A stretch of DNA of 64,000 bases from Octopus vulgaris (taxonomy: Eukaryota): the NCBI GenBank assembly GCA_951406725.2, contig OX597834.1, positions 22,878,001 to 22,942,000 on the forward strand, read 5' to 3'. This document shows, piece after piece, positions 38,560-51,692 of this stretch. The position numbers were made by a program, and so were the translations under genes. The notes below the pieces were generated by a model that did not search any database, was not told the origin of the DNA, and worked only from the letters and a program-made list of their open reading frames with translations. Within the stretch, counting starts at the first letter, position 1, and each line of letters starts with the position of its first letter.

Positions 38560-39170
38560 GTCCAGGTAAATTCATGAGATGTGTTTTGTCTTCCACTCTG
38601 TTCAATGCCTGTATTGACTGGATAACTGGCTGTATGTTGGCTCGATTCAGTTGTGGAGTGCTCATTTGTTAAACCAACGTTACTGAACTGGATTTTGCTA
38701 TGATTCTTGCTGAATCTCTGAATGTCTTAAGGAGTGCTCTTCTTTCACTAAGTGAATGGAGTGGAACCACTGGCCCTCAGAATTTCTTAGGTCAGAACAA
38801 AGATCCAAACTTTGTTGGTTTCCTGAGGACTCCATAATGTCTCTCTACTGTAGTTGAGAATGTGGAAGTTATTGAACCACTTATCTCAGTAGCATGATCC
38901 ATAGTAGCATTAACTGTGAGTACAACATTTGTAAAAGACTTTGGCGTACTGGTGCAGTTGTGAATTCAATGGACAAGGATGATTGGCTCTGCCAATATCT
39001 AAGCAAGAGAGGTTCAAGTCTTCCGGTCCCTGATCCTCCTTGCTTTCCTCTACAATTGTGAGACTTATCAAGAGGACTTAGAGGCTGCCTGAACTCCTTT
39101 GGTACCAGGATACTTAGCAGGATTATTGGCTACCATTGGTTGGTTCTCCTATCCAACCAACAACTGTACT
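38560..39170 (+). mobile_element. Decayed RTE LINE RT fragment
   Basis: CVLSSTLFNACIDWI, ELDFA and VQVFRSLI..LYNCET motifs. Confidence 0.65.
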
Positions 39171-39419
39171 CAAACTTACCTTGTGACTACATATACCAAT
39201 ATATTTTCAGTAAAACTATAATACAAAACATATCTATGTATTTTTATTTTCACATATATATTGGTACATAGTAAAACTATTTATCTCTTATGTTAAAAAG
39301 TTAAACTTGTATTTAAACAAAAGTTATATGTGTATAAAAATTTAACACATTTCCAATGTCTTCAGTGTTTATGCTATATATATGTCATAGGATGGCACAC
39401 ACACTAACACCGGCAGTAT

Positions 39420-40130
39420 CATTGCCAACTATATGACTAGAAATGATAAGAGATAACACTGCCTGATCATTGCAGGAGTGTGAATATAGCCAACTCCCAA
39501 GTTCGTAAATATATTGGATCAGCCAGTGCACCTTTCAAGAAAGACTTCCACAACCACCAGTCAACTTTCTGAGTCTCAGAAAGGCCTTTTGTCATGTCTC
39601 TGATCACCCATGTGTGGCACCTCAAAGATCAAGGGACCCCATGTGATGTCAGGTGGAAAATAATAGAACATCCAGGTTCATATATCAATGGGAGTGGCCA
39701 TTGCAAAATTTGCATCATGGAGAGAACCAAAATTCTTAAGGACTATGCTAAACTTGGTGTGTTAAATAACTGTGAAGAAATGTTCTCTAAATGTGTCCTT
39801 TTCAAGCGCTACCTACTGGAAAATTTGATCTTCCTGTTTGCTAGTTAGGCTATTATGAGTCTGGAACAGTTTTTTAGCTTCTCATCCAGTGGAAATAACC
39901 CGTCCTCATTAACAATTTTATACATTAGCTATTAAATCTCATCCATGAGGTAGAAAGTTAAATTTTATCTTTGTATAGTCTAATGAACTGTTCACAAGGC
40001 TGTGGCTTTTGTGGATGCAAAACCATTGGTAACTCTATGACCAGAATTTAACACTAAATTGATTACTTAATGCCTTTTATTGGAGAATATGTTCATTAAA
40101 CTTGGCTTAGGAAAAGGTTTGCGGTGACAA
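39420..40130 (+). mobile_element. Penelope-like element: GIY-YIG endonuclease fragment and 3' region
   Basis: RKYIGSAS.PFK..FHNH; HVWHLKD..WKII..CKICIMER..LN..EMFSKC; decayed hammerhead-like motif at 39977-40034. Confidence 0.8.
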
Positions 40131-40982
40131 CTCTGAAATTACAACTTATTTGCCTTTGTCAGACTGTACTTCACTTGGCATAGTTTCTACAGTTAGATGC
40201 CCTTTCTAGCACCAACCATTTTACAGAGTGTACTGGGTTCCTTTTTACATGGTACCAGTATTAGTGCCATCGCATATTTACAAAAGCCCTCAACTGACTA
40301 AGGTGCAGTATTGAAGGAGGTAGCTTTATGCAGCTGTTCAGAGGTTAAAGTATAATATAGTGACAGGAACATGAGTCTTGCTGTAGGACTGATACATCAT
40401 TACACCAGTTGGAAAAGAGAGCAGGTGGTGGAAGCTCTGTCAGGTCATACATTCAAACTATAGGAAGATGAATATAAGAGAACTGGTATAATTAATGTTT
40501 AGTTCAGCATGCAAGAGTGAGAAAAAAGAATGACAGATGGTGATAGAGGTGAAGACAGTAAACATAAGAGGAGGCATCAACAATCACAATTTATGAGAAT
40601 ACATTTCTTAGTTATTTGCCCAGAATGTTCAATAAACTGTACCTTGTCTTTCCCCAGGAAAAATGTCAGCAGCAACATATATTAAGTATTTTTTGTAACA
40701 AAAGTGGTAAGTTATCTAATGAATGTAGATATTTGTTGTTATATAAAATATAGTTTTGAAAGATAGTTCTGTTTACCTCCCTCTGTGAATATATTTATGG
40801 TTAAGTATTTCTTCATACACTGAATCAGTTATTCTTCTGAATGAATAGACACATGTGCCATTAAGTGACGTTTCTGAGAAAATGATGTACGACAGATATT
40901 ACAATGATATGGCATATCTCGTGTGTGAATGCGTTTGTGTTTAGTTAAGTTACTTGTTGAAGTGAAGGATTTACCACAAACA

Positions 40983-42167
40983 TCACAGTGATACGGTTTC
41001 TCTCCTGTGTTTATGTGTAGTTAAGTTACTTGTAACAGTGAATGATTTACCACAGATATCACAGTGATAAGGTTTCACTCCTGTGTGAATGTATTTGTGT
41101 GTTGTTAAACCACTTGTTGTAGTGAATGATTTACCACAGATATCACAACAGTATGGCTTCTCCCCTGTATGACTGCGTTTGTGGATAGTTAAGTTATTTG
41201 ATATTGTGAATGATTTACCACAAATATCACAGTGATATGGCTTCTCACCTGTATGAATACGCTTGTGGATAGGTAACGTCTCTCTACGAGGAAATGACTT
41301 GCCACAGATGTCACAGGAATAAGGTTTGTCTCCGGTATGAATGCGTTTGTGAACTGTTAATTCACTTTTGATAGAGTATGATTTACCGCAGATTTCACAG
41401 GGATATGGCTTTTCTCCTGTATGAATGCATTTGTGAGCAGTTAAATGTCCACTGTGAGAAAATGATTTCCCGCAAATATCACAAAGGTATCGTTTCTCTC
41501 CTGTATGAATACGTTTGTGACTATTTAAGTTACGTGGGTCAGACAATGGTTTGCCACAGATATCACAGTGATACGGCTTTTCTCCTGTATGAATGCGTTT
41601 GTGTATAGTTAATTGGCTATTTGCAGAGAATGATTTACCACAGATATCACAGTGATATGGCTGCCCTCCTGTATGCATATATTTGTGAGTTGTTAAATGA
41701 CTACTTATAGAAAACGCTTTACCACAGATATCACACTGAAATGGTTTCTCTCCAGTATGAAAGCGTTTGTGTACAGTTAATTTACTCTTTGAAGACATAG
41801 ATTTACCACAGATATCACAATGGTATGGCTGCCCTCCTGTATGAATGTATTTATGGACACTTAAGTGGGTACTATGAGCGAATGATTTACCACAGATATC
41901 ACAGTGATATGGTTTCTCTCCTGTATGAGTACGTATATGAATAGTTAAGTAACTACTTGAAATGAATGCTTTACCACAGATATTACACTGATATGGTTTC
42001 TCTCCCGTATGAATACGTTTGTGTTTAGTTAATGTTCCTCTTTCAGAATATGATTTACCACAGATACCACACTGGTATGTTTTTTTCATCACCTTCAGCA
42101 TCTCATCAGGAAAATCAATGCTTTCAGACTCTGTTTTAATTGGGGTCTCCCGTAATGTATTTTCCAT
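40983..42167 (-). CDS. ZNF-F: C2H2 zinc-finger protein, 12 complete fingers, truncated by a frameshift (ancestrally 15)
   Basis: 394-aa ORF; two more fingers continue out of frame to TAA at 40831-40829. Confidence 0.9.
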   Translation of the reverse strand: MENTLRETPIKTESESIDFPDEMLKVMKKTYQCGICGKSYSERGTLTKHKRIHTGEKPYQCNICGKAFISSSYLTIHIRTHTGEKPYHCDICGKSFAHSTHLSVHKYIHTGGQPYHCDICGKSMSSKSKLTVHKRFHTGEKPFQCDICGKAFSISSHLTTHKYMHTGGQPYHCDICGKSFSANSQLTIHKRIHTGEKPYHCDICGKPLSDPRNLNSHKRIHTGEKRYLCDICGKSFSHSGHLTAHKCIHTGEKPYPCEICGKSYSIKSELTVHKRIHTGDKPYSCDICGKSFPRRETLPIHKRIHTGEKPYHCDICGKSFTISNNLTIHKRSHTGEKPYCCDICGKSFTTTSGLTTHKYIHTGVKPYHCDICGKSFTVTSNLTTHKHRRETVSL

Positions 42168-42475
42168 TACTGTTCTTTTTTCTCACTAATTGCTATGTTT
42201 TATTCATATTTTCTACTTTAAAATTTCCATCACATTCAATGTTTATTGATATCTGTTGATGGCAGAAACTCACTCTTGAATATATTCCAGATAGTGAAAG
42301 AAAAAATTAGAATGTTAATAATATAATAATCTCAGTTCACAAGAAATATTTCACAGTCATTCCACCAATCATTTCTATTTGGAATAACATCATTCTTTAG
42401 TCTTTAAATGATGAGAAATATTGATGACGAATCTGAAGTAAATAAATTCTTCTACACCAATACCATCTGTTATTT

Positions 42476-44480
42476 CTGAAATAGTAGAGAAATAGTACAA
42501 GATATAGGGATTGTTTAAAAGTAGAGGCTCAACGATGGAAAATTTACATTTCTATGTTAATAAATAGAAATGTAAATATAAGCATTTACATCAACATTTG
42601 AAGTTAAATTTTAATTCTTATAACTACATCGTACAATCTTGTTTCATGGTTACATATATACAAACTATAGCAACACACGGTAATTATGTAAAATTACATG
42701 TTCAGCTATATATATATATATATTGCCAATGAAGAAATGTCTAAACCCCAATCATCAGGCCCTTATATCACTTTATCATCGTTCAATACCATAAACTATA
42801 TTTTTATTTTTTAAAACCCATAAGTATGTGTAAAAATGGGTACGTGTAAATTAGGATCGCTGGACCCTACAGTACAAGCCATAATTCAGATAAAAATTCA
42901 AAAATATTACAAAAATAAAAATTACAAACATAAATTAAGAAATAAAAGGGAAAATTTTTTTTTATTTTTGTAATTTTTTATTTGAATTTTTATCTGAATT
43001 ATGGCTTGTACTGTAGGGTCCAGCGAACCTAATTTACACGTACCTATTTTTACACATACTTATGGGTTTAAAAAAATTAAAATATAGTTTATGGCACGTA
43101 AAAAGCACCATCCGATCGTGGCCGTTCCCAGCCTCGCCTGACCCCCGTTGCGGCGGCACGTAAAAAGCACCATCCGACCGTGGCCGTTTGCCAGCCCCGT
43201 CTGGCACCTGTGCCGGTGGCACGTAAAAAGCACCCACTGCACTCACGGAGAGGTTGGCGTTAGGAAGGGCATCCAGCTGTAGAAACATTGCCAGATTAGA
43301 CTGGGCCTGGTGCAGCCTTCTGGCCTCCCAGACCCCAGGTGAACCGTCCAACCTATGCTAGCATGGAAAGCGGACGCTAAATGATGATGATGATGAGTAT
43401 TGAACGATGATAAAATGATATAAGGGCCTGATGATTGGGGTTACATTTTAAGAAGGGTTCCAGCAAAACACGGAGTGGTTTAGGAACCGGGAAATGTACC
43501 TCATGAAACACGTAGCCAAGTTATAAAACAGTAGGTATTTAAAATAAAAATTCTTTTTTATATGGTGAGATGAAGGGGCCTACTATCTCTAGAGATGTGC
43601 AACCAAACGCATACCCTCCATCAGACACCTACCATATTCTGAGCACCTTGTTTCCCTGGGCATGGATTCACTGAAGCTCCGGCGTCTGGCGACGGACTTG
43701 GTAAACACCCACCAACAACACTGAACACCTTTTTGATCTCCATGTGTCTAACACACGTGGACATGCCTACAAAGTCAGAAAACAACACAGCTCCCATGAC
43801 TTTCGGAAACATTTTTTCACGCTCAGAGTTGCTGAAGCATGGAATAAACTGCCTGCGTCAGTTGTTGACTGCCATGACACTGCATCCTTTAAGGCCCTCA
43901 TACTTTCCGAAATCCGCCGAAACTACACCTGATTATATATACACTTTAGATGAGTTGTAGTGCACCTGAGCACTGTACACAATTATTATATACGTATATG
44001 TATACGACGAGCCTTTTCCAGTTCCTGTCTCACAAAGCCTTGGTCATTGCCAAGGTGCTACGCAGTGGGATTGAACTTGGAACCACGTCGTTCGCAAGCT
44101 ATCTTCTTACTACACAGCCACGTCTGCACGTATCTATGTCCATGAAGCTGACACACGAAAGATAGAGGAACAAAATGGGACATATGGTCAAATATAGAAA
44201 TGCACAAGTATCAAAATATTGTCTTTGAATTTTACTTAGAAACGGTACGAACTTTCCTTCCAGCCCAATATGGTGAATACACAATAGTGGACGGTGGCAG
44301 TTCTCTGGCCTGAAAAGTGATATGTCGTTGTTTATATGGCTAGGTCAGTGCTAACTTGTGTTTCAAAGACTTGATTGTTTTCAAGAATGTCGCGACGTAT
44401 ATGACAGATCAATCAAATAGAAACATTGCGTTGTGAAAGTAGAAACGACGTTTGAATGAGAAAAGAATCAACAAAAATAC
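42476..44480 (-). other. 5'-UTR intron of ZNF-F
   Basis: Homologous donor ACGAG|GTATTTT and acceptor CTATTTCAG|AAATAACAGATG. Confidence 0.7.
42735..43448. mobile_element. Foldback/MITE with about 185-bp inverted arms, right arm split by a SINE-like insertion (about 43095-43396)
   Basis: 42735-42920 is the reverse complement of 42960-43094 plus 43397-43448. Confidence 0.85.
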
Positions 44481-44773
44481 CTCGTATGAATCACAGCTAT
44501 AATGAGTAAATCAGTGACGATGGTCGGGATGCTGAAATCACTCCCATTACGTATATACAATGTATAATATTATAGATAAATTCATTATAAGATACGAGAT
44601 AGATATGATTACTTCTTCACCGCTTTATGCGTCATGCTAATATATTAGCATGTTGTGGTGCACCTGAGCACTGTATACAATAATTTCATTATTATTATTA
44701 TTTATTATAATATAGACATACGCGATTCAATTAGAAATACAAAGGTGGGATCTTATGAGTGACCGTCGAAGTT

Positions 44774-44799
44774 AACTTCCTGTTGATCATGCGCATTGG
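44774..44799 (-). promoter_or_regulatory. ZNF-F promoter module
   Basis: Gene-sense CCAATGCGCATGATCAACAGGAAGTT. Confidence 0.7.
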
Positions 44800-44899
44800 T
44801 AGAATGTTCGGATGCTAAACAGACGAAATCACACACGACTACCCAAGATACCGATTAAGGGTGTTCGCAAGTTCGAACGTCGTCGATATGTTGTATCCT

Positions 44900-45272
44900 C
44901 TGTGTGAAAAGTCTGGCTGCATACGCGTTAGCATATGTCAGATGCATACAATTCACAACACAGTTAATTAAGATTTATTCAGTGAGTTGTATTCAACACA
45001 TGTTTACACTTGGAATTAGCAGAATCATTATTAACTTTAGTTTTGGCCGATAAAGTTGAACTGAAATACCCTACACCGAGGCATGAATTGCACGAAGCCG
45101 TCTTGGGAAGAACTAACTGAGCGGAAAATTCGTGCATGTATTCAACATCAAACTCGTGTTCGGCGTCAAATAGTTGACTGTCGTGGTGGTAACAGATTCG
45201 TGTAATAAATTTTGTGTTGATTTTTGTTTCATAATATATATTTTTTCGGATGCAGCCAGAATTTTCACACAG
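44900..45272. mobile_element. MITE with 23-bp TIRs
   Basis: CTGTGTGAAAAGTCTGGCTGCAT ... ATGCAGCCAGAATTTTCACACAG; the paralogous site near 49687 is empty. Confidence 0.85.
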
Positions 45273-45963
45273 GTGTTTCTTGCATCTGCTTCTAGTGGTT
45301 CAGGTGTTAAATTTCACTGTCTCACTAATGTCTAAAGATACCCTGTTTTTTCGATTTTTAAACTTCTGAAACTTTTTCCTCCAGTTTTTTTTTTTCTCTC
45401 TCCATAATAGACACTAATCTGATCCCAACACTTTCTCCAGATTCATGTGTTTCAATTCTTTGTTGAATATCCATAATGTTTATTAGATGGTTTGAAATCG
45501 TCTGGTGAACCAGAGGATAGTGCCAAGCTCTGGCATTGTTTCTACAGCCAGATACCCTTCATAACAACAACCACTATAAAGAGTGTACATGGATGATTTT
45601 ATATTGTCACAATATACCTCAAGAGACAAGAACCCTTAACTGTGGGATAGGTGTCTTGCAGTAGGGTAGACAAATGGTCACTCCAATTACAAAAGCAAGA
45701 TGGTGGTGAAGATGTTAGATCTGTCAGGTTATAGGATGCACAATATAAGAGGAATGGCACAGAGAAATGGATAGGATGAATCTGTAGGAAAGTATGCAAG
45801 AGTGAAAGAAGAGTAGCAGCTGGATAGAGATGGAGAAAGAGATAAATGCAGTGAATGGAGAACAGAGATGGAAGAGTGATCAATGATAGAATATCAGTTG
45901 GAAGGTAAATGTCTAGGAAGTAAGAGTCAGTCAACTCGGGTCAAGGAAATAGATTTAATTAGC

Positions 45964-45969
45964 TTTATT
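45964..45969 (-). terminator. Probable poly(A) signal of ZNF-G
   Basis: AATAAA on minus, conserved at about 51086-51091 (ZNF-H) and 63730-63735. Confidence 0.5.
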
Positions 45970-46566
45970 TTATTATTTAAATCATGAACTATTCCATTAT
46001 TGAGATAAGTACATAATATTTGACACTGAACATAGAACAGACGCACGAATTAATGTAGAAAAGATAGATTATATAGACACACCAAAGATACTTTAAGGCC
46101 AACACAAACAATTACCTTCTATAGAAATTCTTTGTTGAAGCTCATTATTTTTGATAATTTGTTGGAGTATATACATGATTAAATGTATAAAAGGCAAAGA
46201 TTCTTTGTAAGACATGATACTTACATCCCGATATGGTATAATGAAATATTTTCTTTTATAGTTCATAATTTTATTTTTAATTAAACTGTACAGTGATGTG
46301 ATTTGTGATTTATAAGAACTCATTTCTCAGTTATTTACACAATATCCAATAAATTTATTGTATCTTGTCATCTCTCGGGACATATATGGTAGCTACAATA
46401 TACATATGACTATTTTCTGAAACAATACTTTTATTATAATCATACAGGCAAGTAGATATTAAATGTAGTTACATGAACTATATACTATAGAAAGATAGCT
46501 CTGTCTAACTCCTGTGAATACATTTATGGTTAGGTATTTTTTACAGCACAATATACAGTGACACAG

Positions 46567-47748
46567 TTATTTTCCTGTATGAGTAGATGTATGAGCAGTG
46601 AAGTGACGTTTTTGAGAAAATGTTTTACCACAAATATCACAGTGATATGGCATATCTCGCCTGTGAATGAGTTTGTGCTTAGTTAGGTAACTTGTTGTAG
46701 TGAATGATTTATCACAGGTATCACAGTGATATGGTTTCTCTCCTGTATGACTACGTTTGTGTGTAGTCAAAGTAGTTGATACTGTGAATGATTTACCACA
46801 AATATCACAGTGGTATGGCTTCTCACCTGTATGTATGCGTTTGTGAACAAATAATGATTCACTACGAGGAAATGACTTACCACAGATATCACATGAATAT
46901 GACTTGTCTCCTGTATGAATGTGTTGGTGAATAGTTACTTGACGTGTGGTGCTGAACGCTTTACCACAGATTTCACAGTGATATGGCTTTTCTCCAGTGT
47001 GATTGCGTTTGTGCGCAGTCAAAGACCTACTATCAGAGAATGATTTACCACAAGTATCACAGAGGTATCGTTTCTCACCTGTATGAATACGTTTGTGACT
47101 ATTTAAGTTGCCTTGATCAGATAATGTTTTGCCACAGATTTCACAGTGAAATGGTTTTTCTCCTGTATGAAGTCGTTTGTGAGTATTTAGGTTACTTCCT
47201 ACAGAGAATGATTTACCACAGATATCACAGTGATATGGCTTCTCTCCTGTATGCATATATTTGTGTGTAGTTAGGTGACTACTAATACAGAATGATTTAC
47301 CACAAATATCACAGTGAAATGGTTTCTCTCCAGTATGAAAACGTTTGTGTACTGTTAATTTACTCTTTGAAGACATAGATTTACCACAGATATCACAATG
47401 GCATGGCTGACCTCCTGTATGAATGTATTTATGGACTTTTAAATGAGAACTGTGAGCAAATGCTTTACCACAGATATTACACTGATAAGGCTTCTCTCCT
47501 GTATGTGTACGTATATGAATAGTTAAGTAATTACTTGAAATGAATGCTTTACCACAGATATTACACTGATATAGTTTCTCTCCCGTATGAATACGTTTGT
47601 GTTTAGTTAATGTTCCTCTTTCAGAATATGATTTACCACAGATACCACACTGGTATGATGTTTTTTTCATCACCTTCAGCATCTCATCAGGAAAATCAAT
47701 GCTTTCAGACTCTGTTTTAATTGGGGTCTCCCGTAATGTATTTTCCAT
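46567..47748 (-). CDS. ZNF-G: C2H2 zinc-finger protein, 13 fingers; F/H hybrid
   Basis: 393-aa intact ORF. Confidence 0.95.
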   Translation of the reverse strand: MENTLRETPIKTESESIDFPDEMLKVMKKTSYQCGICGKSYSERGTLTKHKRIHTGEKLYQCNICGKAFISSNYLTIHIRTHTGEKPYQCNICGKAFAHSSHLKVHKYIHTGGQPCHCDICGKSMSSKSKLTVHKRFHTGEKPFHCDICGKSFCISSHLTTHKYMHTGEKPYHCDICGKSFSVGSNLNTHKRLHTGEKPFHCEICGKTLSDQGNLNSHKRIHTGEKRYLCDTCGKSFSDSRSLTAHKRNHTGEKPYHCEICGKAFSTTRQVTIHQHIHTGDKSYSCDICGKSFPRSESLFVHKRIHTGEKPYHCDICGKSFTVSTTLTTHKRSHTGEKPYHCDTCDKSFTTTSYLTKHKLIHRRDMPYHCDICGKTFSQKRHFTAHTSTHTGK

Positions 47749-48054
47749 TACTGTTCTTTTCTCACTAATTGCTATGTTTTATTCATATTTTCTACTTTAA
47801 AATTTCCATCACATTCAATGTTTATTGATATCTGTTGATGGCAGAAACTCACTCTTGAATATATTCCAGATAGTGAAAGAAAAAATTAGAATGTTAATAA
47901 TATAATAATCTCAGTTCACAAGAAATATTTCACAGTCATTCCACCAATCATTTCTATTTGGAACAACATCATTCTTTAGTCCTTAAATGATGAGAAATAT
48001 TGATGACGAATCTGAAGTAAATAAATTCTTCTACGCCAATACCATCTGTTATTT

Positions 48055-49320
48055 CTGAAATAGTAGAGAAATAGTATAAGATATAGGGATTGTTTAAAAG
48101 TAGAGGCTCAACGATGGAAAATTTACATTTCTATGTTAATAAATAGAAATGTAAATATAAGCATTTACATCAACATTTGAAGTTAAATTTTAATTCTTAT
48201 AACTACATCGTATTGTTTGATGGCTACATATATAGAAATCTATAGCGACTGTTTGTATGTGAATCGCCAGGCTGAGACCTGAAAATTTTGATCAGGGACA
48301 CCATGAACATTCCAGCAGAACTTCAGTCTTTGATAATAGCCAAGACCACACAAATACAAGACATCACTGAGATTCACATTTTTCAAATGAAAATTTCGGT
48401 ATGTGAACTTCTATATTTTGGTGCCTAATAATTTAATGGAAACAAATATAACAGTTAATATGTAGATCCGCACCCGGGGAGGATCTCGGAAAATTCACAC
48501 GATCAACCGTACAGAATCCGAGCAGTAAACCTCAACACCCGGTCACAGGAGTGAAACAGAAATCGTCTAATACTTCTAATGCAATGTATATTCAACAAAT
48601 ATTAAGAAAAAAATGCGCGCTTATAAACGGATGGGTGGGGAGGGGGCTCAGAAAATTCATACGATCAACCGTACAGAATCCGAGCAGTAAACCTCAACAC
48701 CCGTTGACTAACTAGCGCGGATGCACGAGTGCGCGCACCGGGAACACTGTTCGCTAGTGGTACCATATTTCCCTACAGATGGTAGAAATTGATATAGTTT
48801 GGCGGGGACCAACTACCAAATCCACTGTAATCGCCCAATCTAGCACCTTCGGATAACCATCATTTCGATTGTTATCGAAATTACATTAAGGGGAAGAACT
48901 GCAATTGTTTGGAAGACTGTAAAAACAACTTAATACAGTTCATGGCTCCAAAAGATGCAAAGGGAAGTTATGCTCATGAAGCTTACACAATAAGGACGAA
49001 AGATAGAGGAACAAAATGGGACATATGGTCAAATATAGAAATGCACAAGTATCAAAATATTGTTTTTGAATTTTACTTAGAAACGGTACGAACTTTCCTT
49101 CCAGCCCAATATGGTGAATACACAATAGTGGACGGTGGCAGTTCTCTGGCCTGAAAAGTGATATGTTGTTGTTTATATGGCTAGGTCAGTGCTAACTTGT
49201 GTTTCAAAGACTGATTGTTTTCAAGAATGTCGCGACGTATATGACAGATCAATCAAATAGAAACATTGCGTTGTGAAAGTAGAAACGACGTTTGAATGAG
49301 AAAAGAATCAACAAAAATAC
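48055..49320 (-). other. 5'-UTR intron of ZNF-G
   Basis: Donor and acceptor nearly identical to those of ZNF-F. Confidence 0.7.
48489..48703. repeat. Direct repeat of about 53 bp within a CpG-rich insertion
   Basis: GAAAATTCA(C/T)ACGATCAACCGTACAGAATCCGAGCAGTAAACCTCAACACCCG at 48489-48541 and 48651-48703. Confidence 0.85.
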
Positions 49321-49544
49321 CTCGAATGAATCACAGCTATAATGAGCAAATCAGTGACGATGGTCGGGATGCTGAAATTACTCCCATTACGTATATATAA
49401 TGTATAATATTATATAGATAAATTCATTATAAGATATGAGATAAATATGATTACTTCTTCACCGCTTTATGCGTCAAGCTTAATAAATTATCTTATATGT
49501 GATTCAAATACAAAGCTGGGATCTTATGAGTAACCGTCGAAGTG

Positions 49545-49570
49545 AACTTCCGGTTAATCATGCGCATTGG
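49545..49570 (-). promoter_or_regulatory. ZNF-G promoter module
   Basis: Gene-sense CCAATGCGCATGATTAACCGGAAGTT. Confidence 0.75.
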
Positions 49571-51692
49571 CAGAACGTTAGGAGCTGAATGAGATGCTAA
49601 TCAGATGAAAGACAGCGATTTAATGTCTTCGTAAGTTGTAACACCGATAATGAAGCCAACTTCAACGATCGTCGTCGATATGTTGTAGTTGTTTCTTGCA
49701 TCTGCTTCTAGTGGCTCTGATGTTAAATTTCAACCAAACACTATAAGTCAATCAAATCTCCAGAAAATGTGGTTTTACAGGCTGATGATAGAAATCGCAC
49801 TCATTTTTTCCCCAAGAAATAAATAATAAAGAAAATTAAATTGCAAATCAAAAGGAATCCAGATCTTTTCTGTTACTGACACAGTTTTCTGTTTTTTTAA
49901 AACTTTGTTCCAATTGTTTTCATATTTGCTTCAATTTTATATACTAATTAAATTAATAATAACTTAATAGCTTTTAAATTTTGCTAATTCTATGTAATTT
50001 TAGCGACTGTTAAGCCTCAAACGCATATATACAAAAGCCACTTTCAGTTTCATTTATCAAATCCATTTGGCCTGCAATTATAGAAGACATTTGCCCATGC
50101 AGTTAGGATTCTTATTTTCAATATTAAAATTTATGATTATGTCAATAAATAAAACAAAGCATTTTGAAATTTCAATTCCCACTGTCACCTCACAAGTCTT
50201 TATTTCTGTATTTTGTAATTCCATGTGCAGACGATTTCAATTCTGGACAAAAAAAAAAAAAATTGTTTCAAATACTTTTTTTTCCAAAGCTTCTTCCTTC
50301 ACTCCATTCAGACATATGAAACTTTTTAAATACATTTCCTTCCTCTGTGTGCATGCGTTGATACATGCTAAACAGCTAACAGACAATTCTTAGCTCACAC
50401 TATAAATGATGGACCTCAAAGAGGAATAACAATATGCAAGAAATAGTAACCAAATCTCCCTACATCAACACAGGGTACTAATATTTTATCCCAACACTTT
50501 CTCCAGATTTATATGTTTCAATTCTTTGTTGAAGATCCATAATGTTTATTATTTTGCTGAAATACTCATCATCATCTAACATCTCATTTACATGTTGACA
50601 TGAATTGGATGGTTTGAAAGAAGCTGTTGAACCAGAGGATAGTGCCAAGCTCTGGCATTGTTTCTACAGCCAGATACCCTTCATAACAACAACCATTATA
50701 AAGAGTGTACATGGATGATTTTATATTGTCACAATATACCTCAAGAGACAAGAACCCTTAACTGTGGGATAGGTGTCTTGCAGTAGGGTAGACAAATGGT
50801 TACTCCAATTACAAAAGCAAGATGGTGGTGAAGATGTCAGATCTGTCAGGTTATAGGAAGCGCAATATAAGAGGAATGGCACAGAGAAATGGATAGGATG
50901 AATCTGTAGGAATGTATGCAAGAGTGAAAGAAGAGTAGCAGCTGGATAGAGATGGAGAAAGAGATAAATGCAGTGAATGGAGAACAGAGATGGAAGAGTG
51001 ATCAATGATAGAATATCAGTTGGAAGGTAAATGTCTAGGAAGTAAGAGTCAGTCAACTCGGGTCAAGGAAATAGATTTAATTAGCTTTATTTTATTATTT
51101 AAATCATGAACTATTCCATTATTGAGATAAGTACATAATATTTGACACTGAACATAGAACAGACACACGAATTAATGTAGAAAAGATAGATTATATAGAA
51201 ACACCAAAGATACTTTAAGGCCAACACAAACAATTACCTTCTATAGAAATTCTTTGTTGAAGCTCATTATTTTTGATAATTTGTTGGAGTATATACATGA
51301 TTAAATGTATAAAGGGCAAAGATTCTTTGTAAGACATCATACTTACATCCCGATATGGTATAACGAAATATTTTCTTTTATAGTTCATAATTTTATTTCT
51401 AATTAAACAGTACAGTGATGTGATTTGTGATTTATAAGAACTCCTTTCTCAGTTATTTACACAATATCCAGTAAATTTATTGTATCTCGTCATCTCTCGG
51501 GACATATATGTTAGCTACAATATACATATGACTATTTTCTGAAACAATACTTTTATTATAATCATACAGGCAAGTAGATATTAAATGTAGTTACGTGAAC
51601 TATTTACTCTAGAAAGATAGCTCTGTCTAACTCCCTCTGTGAATACATTTATGGTTAGGTATTTTTTTACAGCACAACATATATTGACACAG

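Noticed and set aside
45599-45934. Near-identical 111-aa ORF repeated at 50721-51056
   Set aside because: Non-ATG start, low-complexity pyrimidine-rich sequence, and the identity is explained by the recent tandem duplication.
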